Origin: Felis catus
Lineage: Eukaryota
Direction: 5' to 3'
Length of the DNA stretch: 64,000 nt
Assembly (NCBI RefSeq): GCF_018350175.1
Contig: NC_058368.1
Location: 230,208,001 to 230,272,000, forward strand
A model generated the notes under the pieces. That model had not been told where the DNA came from, did no database searches, and was given only the letters and a program-made list of their open reading frames with translations. A program made the translations under genes and the position numbers. Of this stretch, positions 11,586 through 24,295 are shown piece after piece; within the stretch, counting starts at the first letter, position 1, and each line of letters opens with the position of its first letter.

Positions 11586-13488
11586 TGGATTTGTTTTAAA
11601 ACAAAAGTGGCCTTCTTTGTACACCAATGCCATAGTACTGGTGTATTTTCACTGGGTCACATCAATGACTTTTCCTCAAGTGTACTTGTGGTAAAATGTG
11701 GATATAAGCCAATTTACTCTTTGGGTGTGTATGTCAGATGTATATTGTGATTGCAGCCCCATAAGATTGAATGTATTACCCCCTCACTATCATGCTGATT
11801 CTTCTTTTAAGCTTCATAAACAATTTAAGTTCAAAGCCGGAACACAGCACATCTGAATTTACTCTATATTTGCCTCTTGGGCACTGAGAAAGCCTGCCGC
11901 AGAGAAAACACATTTCCCAAAACCTCTTAGTGCACCCACAGTAAGGAAATCTTTGAGTTTCTTCAAACTCACTCTTCCTTCTTGTACAGAGGCTGAATGA
12001 GTAATTTTTTTAGCTGTTGCATCACGTTTCCAGTCAGTGTCTTAGCACAGCTGATTTTCTGTGCTTATTTGTCCCATGTTAAGTTAGTTGTGTTTTCATG
12101 GTATTGAACCACTAAGCCAAATCTTCAACAAACTAATTAGATAACTCTTTTCTGTATGCACAAGGAATTCTAATTTGTCAATCCATCTGGTATATACCTT
12201 TATCCATATCTATATGCTTTTTACAAAAAAATGAATTAGAGAAAAAATATCAACACCTAGACTTTTTAATAACATACACACGTTCTGTTTGTACCTTGTA
12301 AGTAACAGAAGGACTGGTACCTGAATGAAATGCATCTGTTGGGTAGATATGTAGTAGTACCTTTTTCATGGTTTTTTTCTTGGAAGATCTAGTGGAGAAT
12401 TGCATGGATGTCTTTTCATTAAAATAAAGAAAAATTAAGCTGTTGTTAAATGAAAGAGGAGATTGATGGAGTTTTTACATTCTCGTAAAATCTAGCTACT
12501 TGTAAAATTTGAGCTACTTGTATGTCATTGTAAAACCATAAAAAATTAAACGGTGAATAGTTCTGTGTCAAATGTTCACCTATAAGCATTATTATAAAGA
12601 AGGGAACAATAAGCTGTGGAAAAATCTAGTTACTCTCTTGGTAAATTAAGCTGAATTTGATCAGAACAAAACAAAATAAGCCAATTACATACAAACATGC
12701 AGAGTTTTAATATTTGGGAGAATTGCTTTTGTAGTTCTCTTGAGGAAAATAGGGATAGCAAAAAATAGATTTATTGTGTACTGTATAAAGGGCAGAGTCT
12801 TTTTTTCAACATTCTAATCTCTTTGAACTTAATGTATATATAATTTATTGTTCCTATATATTCATATATCTATGAAATTAGGAAGTTGATTTATTGAGAA
12901 TGTCCAGTTTGTATTTAACCCTGTAATTAAATCTTAATGTTAAATTCAGATTTTTTTTAAGGAGCCCTATAGGAGTGATACTTGAACTATTGTCAAACTA
13001 ACTATAAACACTGATTTTTGGAAAAGAATTGATAAAATTAATCAAGAACACAAAAATAGTTTTATTGTTTGTCTCCACAATGCCACTTCTAGAAATCTGT
13101 TCAAAGAAAACAATCAAAATTTTATAAAGATATTTATTAACACAATACGTGTGTATCCATTCACACATGTACAAGATAATATCTGTACATTTATTAAAAT
13201 AAATATATAACCAAAATAAATTGGAAATAAACTAAATGATCAATAATAAGGTATATATAGAAAGTACCTCCATATGGCTTAGTATGTACCCATTATAAAT
13301 TATTTCTTCAGGGAATAAAGACCGTAAGAAATGCTGACAAATCAGTGGCAAGTAAAAAAAGTAGTATGATTTTTATTTTTAAAAATATAAAATAAAAAGT
13401 ATACGTTAATAAAAAATAGTGGAAGGAAACGCAGTGAAATGTTCCCAGTGATTGTCTCTGACTTACAGGATTAAAAGTGATTTGATTT

Positions 13489-13698
13489 GGGGGCACTTGG
13501 GTGGCTCAGTCAGTTGAGCGTCCAACTCTTGATTTCAGGTCAGGTCATGATCTCGCAGTTCGTGAGATTGAGCCCCGCGTCGGGCTCTGTGCTGACAGTG
13601 CAGAGCCTGCTTGGGATTCTCTCTCTCCTCCCTCTGCCTCTCCCCTGCTTGCTCGCTCTCTGTCTCTCTCAAAATAAATAAGTAAACTTTTTTTAAAA
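13489..13698 (+). mobile_element. Can-SINE
   Basis: Full body; TSD core AAAAGTGATTT. Confidence 0.92.
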
Positions 13699-15288
13699 AG
13701 TGATTTTACTTTATTTTTTGACCTTTACTGAATGTCTAAATTTTTACCATACATATGTAGTACTTTTATTTAAAAAAAAAAAAGAAAAAATCTTAAGAAG
13801 TAATCCAAAAAACCTGGATTAGGAGGCACATAAAAGAATGTCATCCCTGACAAGTTTGGGAAGAAACTAGATTAGAAATCCGCATGGGCCTATTTGCTAC
13901 TGCAATTTTTATGTCAGATATTTAAAGATTAAAAAAAAGCGTAAGGTAATTAGGGCCAAGAATTATGCTAATGGAAGCACATATTGGATAAAATATCTTG
14001 TTAATATTCACATTAACTGATGATTAAGGGAGAAGACAGTTTGACTGATATACTTTCCTCCAGACATGGTAATGGAGCTGAGATATTGCCCAAAACATCC
14101 CCCACTTCAGTTAGAAACGACTCCCATCCCTCGTTGGAGATTTGAACAATTTTCCTTTTTTTTCCACTATAAATATAATGAGTTCACTAATAAAATGGCT
14201 TGATCTGTGGTTTTTACATATGTATCAACTCTGCTCTGTGCAACTGAAAGTATACATTGCAAGATTATGCATAGTTGTAAGAAAAATTCATAAATGTTTC
14301 TAGTTTATTCGTTATTAATGCTGTGACAGATTTCAGTAACAAAATTAATTACCAGACATGATCCTAATGTAGTATTATTTTAAATTTGCCTCAAAGCAAA
14401 ACAATCATCCTTAAAAAAAAAACTCAGTGTAATTATAATACATTATGTTTTCAGCTCTTTAGATGAATAAAAACATGTTCTTCTGAATCCAATGTCAGTG
14501 TTTCTGACAACTGTAGATATTTTGTGTAAAATTTGTATATTTTCATGTACAGCAATCATTGACAAATATATATTCTCCTTTACATGATTCTACTCACATT
14601 ATATTTGTTTGCATATGAATTTGCTCAGCATATAAATCTAAAATATAGCTTGGCAAGTTTGTAGATAATAGAGCTTCAAGAATAACTTTATCCATACTAT
14701 CTGGAAGTTAAATTTTAATTTCTGGAGGGAATTTGTGCATATTTTCCTAAGATGTACTTACTTTATCATAAATATGTAAAAGTATACATATTGACCCTCT
14801 TACATCAGTCTAGCATTGTTTAATACATTTTATAATACTGGTATTGTGAGCATTTCCAAATAGTAGTTGCAAATCAAAATACACTGTAGTGTTTGCAATT
14901 TCTGATTATAAGGCTAGATTATTTCTCAGTATTTCTCATTTAGGAATCCCCAACAGTAAACATGTTCTTATCCTATAATTGTGCATAAGAATTTGGAAGA
15001 ACGTTTTATTTGCCCAGAGCTTTTCATAGGAATCCCAACATTCTGAAGGTAAATTGCCTGCCTTATCAAATAGTTTTTAAAATCTATTCACTAGGATCAT
15101 AACATGCCAGATGACTAAGAAAGTAGAAATTGAGCTTGAGGAGAATAAAAATCCACATAATTTCTTTTTAAGTTTTAGATAAGATGCAACATTGTTTGCA
15201 GAGAATTTTGATGCAGTGAACAAAGCTTCTCTACCCACTAGAATAGTTGCAAAGTCACTATTAGTATGCGTTAAATTAACGAGAGAGT

Positions 15289-15550
15289 GGGGAGCATCGG
15301 TGGCTCAGTCAGTTGAGTGACCAACTTTGGCTCAGGTCATGATCTCACCGTTTGTGGGTTCGAGCCCCGCGTCGGGCTTTGTGCTCATAGCTCGGAGCAT
15401 GGAGCCTGCTTCAGATTCTGTGTTTCCCTCTCTCTCTGCCCCTCCCCTGCTCATGCTCTCTCTGTGTCTCAAGAATAAACATTAAAAAATAATACAACAA
15501 AATAATAACAACAGTAAGTAAAATCAAGTAAAATCAAGTAAGTAAAATCA
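15289..15550 (+). mobile_element. Can-SINE with a complex repeated tail
   Basis: Full body; tail carries AAGTAAAATC repeats. Confidence 0.9.
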
Positions 15551-16894
15551 ATAAGAGAATATGTAGAAATGAAAGGGGGTATACTAGATTGAGCAAATAA
15601 TCATCTAAGTAATATTTTTACCTGAATATTAACAGGGGAGTCTTTGAATTTATGGTTTACCAAGAACAGTATGGTTTCTGACAGTGGTCCCGGCATAACC
15701 GTTGGTAGATTTTCCCTCTCAAAAAAACTGTCCCAGTTTGGACTAGAAGTCAAACTATTCATGGGAAGTTATTCAATTTCATTTATCCCCTCCTCTCCCA
15801 TGGAGCCTACTAACAAGAGCTTAAAGAAATAAAAGGGAATGAGTATTTGATTTCTTTTTGGCTAGTGAGGGTGCCACAGAGCTTCTGGCTAACTCACGGA
15901 CAGAAGACCCTCTTTGCAGCTATCATAGTCTATGGAGACCCTACCACCGCCATCCCCAAGGAGTCAGTCCTCTGTGCAGTGATTTGATACCCGTTGAAGT
16001 CTACTGAACGGTGATCAGGATAAACATTGTAGGGCTTCACTTGGAGGTTCCACAGCAAGAAAATATGGGGCCGCTCACAGAAACCTGAAGACTCTGTGCC
16101 TTGCTTCTCGGACTTGGCTGGCACAGGCATTGAGACCTAATATGGAGCCCATTGCTTTTCCCGCCAGGTCAGTTCCGTGTGTGGAAAAGGCCTGTCTGCC
16201 GCTAGCTGTAGAGACATGCTAATCGTGGTGGTGTGATGAACATCTCAAAATCAACACTAGATATTCCACTTGAAGCTATTCTAAGTCATTGACCATGTGT
16301 AACTTTTAGGTGTAATCACTTTTCAGCAGCTAGGTTCATTTCCTCTGGGGAAAGGAATAAAGAATAAAGAGAAGAATTACATGTCGATTAGACTTTCATA
16401 AAAGAGCCCTATCCCTTAAGCAGGACCATGTGCAGTATCTCTTATCCAGTTAAAATTGAAGCATGTCTTTTGGAAAGAACTAAATCATGTTTTACTAGAC
16501 ATTGATTAGATCATCAGATCTCAACTGGGCTGTGTAGGAAGGACGTCATGATAATGCAAAGAAATCATTCATCTTGTATGTGAGACTATCCAAACATTCT
16601 CCCTTTGCAAACTATAGATCACTAAGATTAACTATTGTGTTCATTCTTGGAAGTTTCCTCCTTACATTCTTTCAACCATATAACTGAGAATCCTTTATCA
16701 AGCGTGATTGTGAAATTAGGTACACATTTTTAACAAAGGACCACATGTTTTTCTCAACACCGTGTGTAGGTTCATATATGAGAACTTGGAAACTCCCTAA
16801 CTCCTCCTGGAACCTTTCCCAGGCGGCACACCCTATCCACCCATGTCGATTTTGTATTCCCACTGACGCCTCCTTGTATGTTCACCCGTGAATA

Positions 16895-16990
16895 GCCAGT
16901 CTCCAAAAGAGTACCTGGTATGTTGTGGACATTCATACATTTTATTGATTGGATGAATGAATGAATGAATGAATGAATGAATGAATGAAA
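16895..16990 (+). mobile_element. L2 3' terminus with expanded (TGAA)n
   Basis: gtacctggtatgttgtggacattcatacattttattg followed by (tgaa)n, the typical L2 end. Confidence 0.65.
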
Positions 16991-18699
16991 TGAAAACAAA
17001 AATATAATTACAACTATTGTTGTAGTTGTATATTCTCGATGTGATTGCCTTTACCAGACCAAGAGAACCATCTCTGAAGATGAAGACTCCATTCTCCCAG
17101 TTGTGCATATTCCCTACAGTCTACCTGTGGGCAGCTGGCTATTTTTTTGTGCCTTTGAGATCCTCTTAATGTTCCTCATTTGCATCAGTTATGGCGGGAC
17201 TAGGGGGTCTTCCCCGTGTTGTCACACACACGGCACACACACGCACACCCTGAGATCGTGGGATTGAGACACTGCAGAAGAGCCTGTACTGAACCTGCAG
17301 GGAGCCTCACAGGTGCTGTGTTGGAGATCTGGTACCTCTGACAAGGCTAAGCCTGAGATACTTGTGTGAAGGTGTTTGTGGGACATTCTTCCCACCATCT
17401 TCTTTAATCAGGCCATCCTATTACTCAGAAACCTCCAGTGGCGCCCAAGATTTTCCAGAAAAAAAAAGCCAAATATTAGCCCTTGGGGTCATTCACAAGC
17501 TGGCTCCAGCTTGTCACCCGGGACCATCTCCTACTACACCCCCTCTTTTCCTTCTCGAAGGTACTTCCTTTGCTCCTGACTTACCAGATTATTGCCTTTG
17601 CTCCATAACCACCCTTTGGGTTCGCACTCATGTCTTTATTTACTCTCAGTCTCTCTCTTCCCACACTGCACCCAACCCAGCTGTGGTCACCCTCCCTCTA
17701 TTTGTTTATCAGAGATCCTCCTCAGCCCGTGCACTGTGGCTCCCACACCACCTCTCCTTTGGTATTTCCATGGTTTCCTCCTTCACATGCAATGGTTCCC
17801 AATTCTGTGCTTCTGATGCCCCATGTCTTAGACCAGGTGCCCACCGCAAGCCTTTCCTCACCATTGAATCCAGTGCACCTTGAGGGCAGGACCGCTGGCT
17901 GTCCACTCCTCTCCCAGTGCCTCACACAGTGGTGGGTGCAGATTGGGTACATTGAGATGGGGCCAGATGATCATGCATCTGTTGACTCCGCTTGATTTCT
18001 TCCACAGAAAATGAGAATTGCTGTCATGTGTACACAGGTCTCCTGAAACTCAGAGTTCAATAAAACAAACATAAGGAAGCAGTTTAATTGGCTCAGTCTT
18101 AGAATGGCTAAAAGACATGACAGTTGAGTAAATTTTGCTCATTCACACACTGGCAAGTGCATCGTTGGGTTTCTAGAGTGCTTCGGTGTTTCCAGTTGGT
18201 ACTCCAGAACATTTCTTACAAAGTGATGGGTTTGTTTCAAGACATAAGGAAGATATATGGCTCAGGTGGGATGTAGTTGCTAGCCCATATTTTTAGATAT
18301 CCATCATTTCCATCTGTGGGTTGACATTTGAAGACATGACTAATGAAGTAAAATAAAATGTTATGTCAATTAATTGAGACGTCATAGTTACTTAACTTCT
18401 ATTGCTTTTATCTTTCAATGTTTAAGGGACTCGACACCAGGATACTAAAAGAGCTTAAAAGCAATCTGTGTCATTTGGAAAGTGTCCACAAAAAATAATG
18501 GGTGAGGTTTTGCTAAATTCCATTTTCTAAATAAAATAGCTTATATTTTAACCTTTGACCTGAGGTAAAGAGACAGATGGTTTACAAATGTTTCATTCCT
18601 TTTTATAAACTAATCTAACCTAAGGAAAATTGAATGAACACTTTTGGCGATAGACTGACCATTGCAGTCTGCTGAATTCTAGATAAAGAAAAAGTAGAT

Positions 18700-18911
18700 G
18701 GGGCACCTGGGTGTGGCTCAGTCAGTCAGGCATCCGACTTTAGCTCAGGTCATGATCTCGCGGTTCATGAGTTCGAGCCCCACATCGGGCTCTGTGCTGA
18801 CAGCTCAGAGCCTGGAGCCTGCCTCAGATTCTGGGTCTCCCTCTCTCTCTGCCCCTCCCCTGCTCGCACTCTGTCTCCCTCTTTCTAAAATAAATGTTAA
18901 AAAATTTGAAA
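18700..18911 (+). mobile_element. Can-SINE
   Basis: Perfect 15-bp TSD AAAGAAAAAGTAGAT at 18685-18699 and 18912-18926. Confidence 0.95.
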
Positions 18912-19648
18912 AAAGAAAAAGTAGATATAAGTAAAAATATTTTAAAATGTTGTGCCTAATGAGTCACAAGGCCCTGTTACTAAGTATCATCTGTATAATC
19001 TGATATTTTCTCTCTCCCAGTAACAAACTGTGTTTGTGAATTGTGACATTTTACACCAGATTCTGGGTTTTCCCCTTCTGGTTGAGGCATTGCTCTAATA
19101 AACATGCCTGACTGGAGGTTATTTGCTTTTTCTTGATTACTTCCAGGGATGGTGAGCTTCCTCTGTCTCTGGGAATAAAATTCAACCCCGATAGCTCTAC
19201 TTACAGAAGGGTCTTCACAATGAGTGAATTTTTTCTCCCATTCACCTGTTGCCTGTTGGTCCCATGACTACAAAATCACCAGCACTGTAAGTTCCTGGAG
19301 GGCAGGACGTATGTTTCAGAAGTGGTTGGCCCTCCTACCTCACTGGCACCCACGTGGAGCTCGGGAAAGAGCGAGCGAGTCTTTTCTCTCCTGCTTGGAT
19401 CTGCCCTTGGGCAGATAAAGGCATTTTACCTTTATCCTGCAGTCTGCTTTCTCCTACCCCAATTCTCTCAACCCTCCTTCTAGTTACACTCATAACTGCT
19501 ATTTCATCCCCAGTCATTATGCAGGGATACCAAACTCCCCTGTAGTAAGCACTCAGGGAGCCAGGAAATGTGAACATTTCACTCCCAGTGAATTTTGAGA
19601 ACAAGGTCTACTCTCCCCAGCAATCCTGGATCAAAAAAAGTCCCCATA

Positions 19649-19880
19649 GGGGCACCTGGGTGGCTCATCAGTTAAGTGTCCAACTTCAGCTGAGGTCATG
19701 ATCTCGCAGTTTGTGGGTTCAAGCCCCGCGTTGGGCTCTGTGCTGACAGCTCGGAGCCTGGAGCCTCCTTCAGATTCTGTGTCTCCCTCCCTCTCTGCCC
19801 CTCCCCATCCTCCCTCTCTCTCTCTCTCTCTCTCTCAATCTCTCTCTCTCTCTCAAAAATAAACATTAATTTTTTTTTAA
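19649..19880 (+). mobile_element. Can-SINE
   Basis: Full body with a long (CT)n linker. Confidence 0.92.
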
Positions 19881-20060
19881 AGTCCTGTAAAAACCTTTTC
19901 AGCTTATAGAACTGTCCCTCAAGATATTTGAATTACAAGACTTGAAAAAATAAGGTTGACCTACTAGCTGATCTGAAACTAATGTTCACACTCTAAATAC
20001 TGTAGAATCTGTGGTGTGGGGTTGCCCACAAATTCAATTATGGTGACTCTTCAAATAGAT

Positions 20061-20280
20061 CAGGGGTTGGCAAACTACATCCTGAGGGCCAAATCCGGCC
20101 CGCTACCTGTTTTTGTAAATAAAGTTTTATGGGAACCCAGCCAGGCCTCCTGGTTCAGGTGTTGTGTACAAATGCTCCTGTACTATACCACAGGCAAGTA
20201 ACTGCCAGAGAGACCTTATTGCCCACAGAGTCTAAAACGCCTGCCCTTTCCAGGTGCTTGAAAAAACTTTGCCAACACCT
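20061..20280 (+). mobile_element. MER58A-like hAT-Charlie MITE
   Basis: TIRs caggggttggcaaact / tttgccaacacct; internal gggccaaatccggcccg…tttttgtaaataaagtttta; 8-bp flanks aaatagat/aaatagaa. Confidence 0.85.
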
Positions 20281-20619
20281 AAATAGAAGATCAACCAAAA
20301 TAGACATCCTTCCCATGGCACTGAAAAGCTCAGATATTTCTGCAGCAAAATAAATATTTGATTTTAGATTAGAATTGGATAAAGGCAATCTCAAGCATGT
20401 TGCCATTTATTGATTGTGTATATGTTGCACTTGAACATGCTGTATTTTCTATACAGGTGTCCAGTTAGAGTGGGTTATATACTCTCCTTATTTGGGAGAA
20501 TGTGCTTTTTCCTTCTGCGTGTATAGACGACAATTCTGAGCGAGGAATACGAAATGCATTCTTTTCCCAATTGCTAATGTTCTGGGTAATTCTTTTCTAG
20601 CATTTAATGATGAAAAAAA

Positions 20620-21640
20620 AAAGGAGAAAAGTTGAAAGAATTTTACAGTGACTACCCATATGCCCACCACCTGCCTCCTACCACTAACAGTTTAATATAC
20701 TTGATTAATCACATATGTATTCATCTATGTGTCATCCAGTCGAATGCGATTTGTTATATAACAAATACTGTTTGTTATGTAACTAATGTTATTTGTTGGT
20801 GCATTTCAAAGAAAAAAATCGCAAACATCAGTACACCACGCTCCCAAATACTTCAGCGTGCGTATCGATAACTAGAGTCTAGTATTTAATTCCAGTTCCT
20901 GTTTTTCTCTTTGAAGTGCAGCTTACGTACAAGGAAATGCACAAATCTTAAGTGCACCATTCAACTAGCTTTAGTAAATGAAGAAAAGGAAGTAACACAA
21001 ACCTCCATCGACATAGATGCATTTCCAGTCGCCCCAGTAAGCTAAGCCATTACCCTTCCCAGCAAACTTCAATCCCACTCTCACAGGCAACCACCGCCAT
21101 TTCCTACCATAAACTGGTTTTGCCTGCTTGAGAATTCCATATGAAATGGAACCAAGAGTATGTGTTATTTGCTGTCTTTTTTCATTGAACAAGAAGCTTT
21201 TGAATTCATCACACTGATGACACAAATAGTGCTTTTAATTCACTGCGTAGCACGATTACAACACAGATTACAAACCCATTCCATTGGTGCGCATTTGGGG
21301 CTATTATAAATTAAGCGGCTGAGAACATTCTTGTACAAGTGTTTTAGCATATGTATGTTTTGTATTTGTGGGAAAGATACCTAGGATTAAATTCACTGGA
21401 TCATTGAGTAGGTGTACAGTTTGTTTTGTAAGAAGCTGTCTGACCTTTCCTCATCGTGGTTGTACAATTTGACACTTCTACAACAACATATCGGGGTTTC
21501 TGTTGCTTCACAGCCTTGCTGATATTGGGTAGTGTCATTATTTTTAAAATAGCCATTCAAGTGGCTATGAAGCAGTGTCTCATTTTGGTTTTAATTTGCA
21601 TTTCCCTGATGAGCAATGATATTGAGCATTTTTTGTTGTT
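20620..21640 (-). mobile_element. Old L1M (L1MC/ME-type) 3' fragments
   Basis: Antisense L1 motifs such as gtctcattttggttttaatttgcatttccctgatgagcaatgatattgagcattttt. Confidence 0.75.
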
Positions 21641-22744
21641 TTACTGTAGTTAATTTTAACATAGTCTTAAAATAAAACTCCCATGAAAAACCTGATGTGG
21701 AAAAAATGCACACTTTCCATTTGTTTTGTAGCAGTTTCTTCCCCATAAAATTTCATGACATGACTGATGTCAACCCCCTTCTTTCAGAGTCACCAAAGAT
21801 ATCAAGATATCCGCTGTTGTAAAACACACACATATGCACACAATTATAGTAATAAGTCCAAAGCAAGGTGCCCCTGCAGTAAATGCTGATTTCTTTGTTT
21901 GTTTGTTGATTGGTTTCTGGCTTAGGGGTTTTTGTTGTTGTTGTTGTTTGCCTATCATTTTATTTAGCTTATTCTCTCATGCTGTCTCCTTGGGATAGAT
22001 CCCAAATATCACGGTTCCGCTTAAATTGCACTCCCCACCCACATCCCTCCATTTCACCACCTCCACAGCAAGGGAAGAATTATTTCTCAGGCTGAATTAC
22101 ATTCTGCAGAGCTTAGCTATAGTATCGTCTAGAAATGTTTAACTGACTTAAATAAGTTATTGATTTTTATTTTTCTTTCACCGTTAGCACCTGTTAGAAA
22201 CCTGTCATGTCAGTATGCCCATGGGATTCTCCTCCATACTCCCATTCAGTTTTCTCCTATCATTTCTTGCAGATCAAGGTCATACCACATTTCCACCCAG
22301 ATATCTTCCTTGGTGAAGTTCACTTCATTTTTTTTTACAAAGTCTATGCTATCATATGCCCAGTTTATGCTAACTTGCCATACTTTGTTACCTACTATTA
22401 ATTCATAGTTTTATATGCCATTTCCCTTGCAAACTGTACTTTTTTTCCCGAAGGTAACAGGCCCTAAACATTTTACTTCTTTTTAAATCTCAACTCCAGG
22501 AACTCATTGGTTGGAGTAAAGCTGGTGTGTATTCACTTTAATTCATTGAAGAATTCAATAAAATAAAAGATTAATTCCCTCAGGATACAACAAAGCAAGT
22601 AGTTAAATGTTTAACCTTGGGTTTAAGTATCTCTGTGTTCAAAACAAAATGCAGAAATACATTATGCCTTGTAAATTTAAGAGTTAATCATTAGATTCAT
22701 TTCCTTTACTACCGTTGACTGCCAAGGAGTTTTCTGTGCTATGA

Positions 22745-23255
22745 GCATTGTTTGGGTTATCCAGAACCTTTCTCAAACCAGCCTAACGCTCAGTGGCTTT
22801 AACATTAAGTACATTTTACTTGCTACAGATCAAGAATGGAGGCAGGGTTCATGTGGTTCTTCATTGCGTGCAGGGGTTATCCCCTCTACCAGCTAGGCTC
22901 AGAAGGAAGGTTCAAGAAGTCTTCACCCCTGTGTCTGGCACCTCCGTGCTCCTCCATGTGGCCCCCATTCTCTGCATATGACCAGCTTTGGCTTCCACAT
23001 AGCAGGGTTGTCACCAAGTAGTCAAACTTCTTATACAGAGGCTGGCCTCCAGAAGGAATATTCTATCATGCAGGAATGGAGAGGTCTTAAGACCCAGCCT
23101 CGAGAAGTTTCAAAGTCACAGAGCGTCACTTTTGCTGCATTTTAATGATCCAAGCAGGTCATGGCGAGTCCAGAATCAAGGGAAGGGATGGAAAGAGACC
23201 TCCCTTCTCAGTGAATGAAGTGGTGGGAATTTGTGGCTAACTGTGATCTATCACA
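22745..23255 (-). mobile_element. Old MaLR LTR (MLT1H-like)
   Basis: cagtggcttt…cattttacttgctacag…gtcacttttgctgcatttt…ccagaatcaaggga pattern. Confidence 0.6.
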
Positions 23256-23775
23256 TGCATTCCTGACATAAGTCTATCTAGTTTAACTTGCTAGGCTTGT
23301 TTAATGAGGACTAGCAGCCGCATTGCAGGGTATTAGTCCCAGAGCTAAGGGCTCGCCCTCGATGTGGATTTACAGTGGTTTTAGGTGAGTTCCCCTCCAG
23401 GAGCTCTTTGTCGTTTTTAACCTCTGCTTGCAAAGCACAGACTTGGAGGAGGTGAGCATCACAGCACCTTCCAATGAAAGTGGGCTTAAGAAAAGAAGAA
23501 ACGCCATAAAAATCCTCTCCTAAATGCCATAACCTCCGGGAAGAAAAACTGCTAATACTATTTCATGTTATCTAAAGGCGTTTCTACTGACCAATCCTCA
23601 ATAGGTAGTGTATTTGTATTATTATTTTTTCAAGTAGTGATGATACCTGTCAAGGACACTGGCACGTCAGACTGCTCAGTCCCAGCCAACTACAGCCCAG
23701 ATGTGATAACATGACAAAATAGAGTTCTTCACTGAATCTCTGACAAGGAGAAAAAAGTATGACCCCTATGCTTGC

Positions 23776-23863
23776 TTTTATTTTATTTTATTTTATTTTA
23801 TTTTATTTTATTTTATTTTATTATTTTATTTCATTTCATTTCATTTCATTTCATTTCATTTTA
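23776..23863 (+). repeat. Compound pentamer microsatellite (TTTTA)9 TTA TTTTA (TTTCA)6 TTTTA
   Basis: Read directly. Confidence 0.95.
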
Positions 23864-23914
23864 TCCTATGCTCTTCTATTTTATTCTCTTCTATTTTATT
23901 TTTCTCATTTAATC

Positions 23915-24295
23915 TTTTTATGTTTTTATTTAAATTTCAGTTCGTTAACATACGGTGCTAGATTAGTTTCAGGCATATAACTTAGTGATTCGGGACTTCC
24001 ATACTTCACCCAGTGCTCATCCAGACAAATACCCACCTTCATTCCCATCACCTGTTTACACCAACCCCTCCCCCACCTCCCCACGGGTAACCATCAATTT
24101 GTCCTCTGTAATTAAGAGTCTGTTTCTTGATTTGTCTCTAAAAATGTGTTCCCCTTGGCTTGTTTGTTTTGTTTCTTAAATTCCACATCTGAGTGAAATC
24201 ATACATCACTTGTCTTTCTCTGACTGACTTATTTCACTTAGCATAATATTCTCTAGCTCCATCCACGTCATTGCAAACGCCAGGATTTCATTCTA
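23915..24295 (-). mobile_element. Short 5'-truncated carnivore L1 (3' UTR)
   Basis: attccacatctgagtgaaatcata…tttctctgactgacttatttcacttagcataat…catccacgtcattgcaaa; reverse complement of the L1 3' region seen near 4900-5230. Confidence 0.88.

Noticed and set aside
17362..17995. Overlapping 173-aa and 121-aa ORFs
   Set aside because: Pyrimidine-rich, L2-like decayed sequence; no recognisable domain or convincing splice structure.
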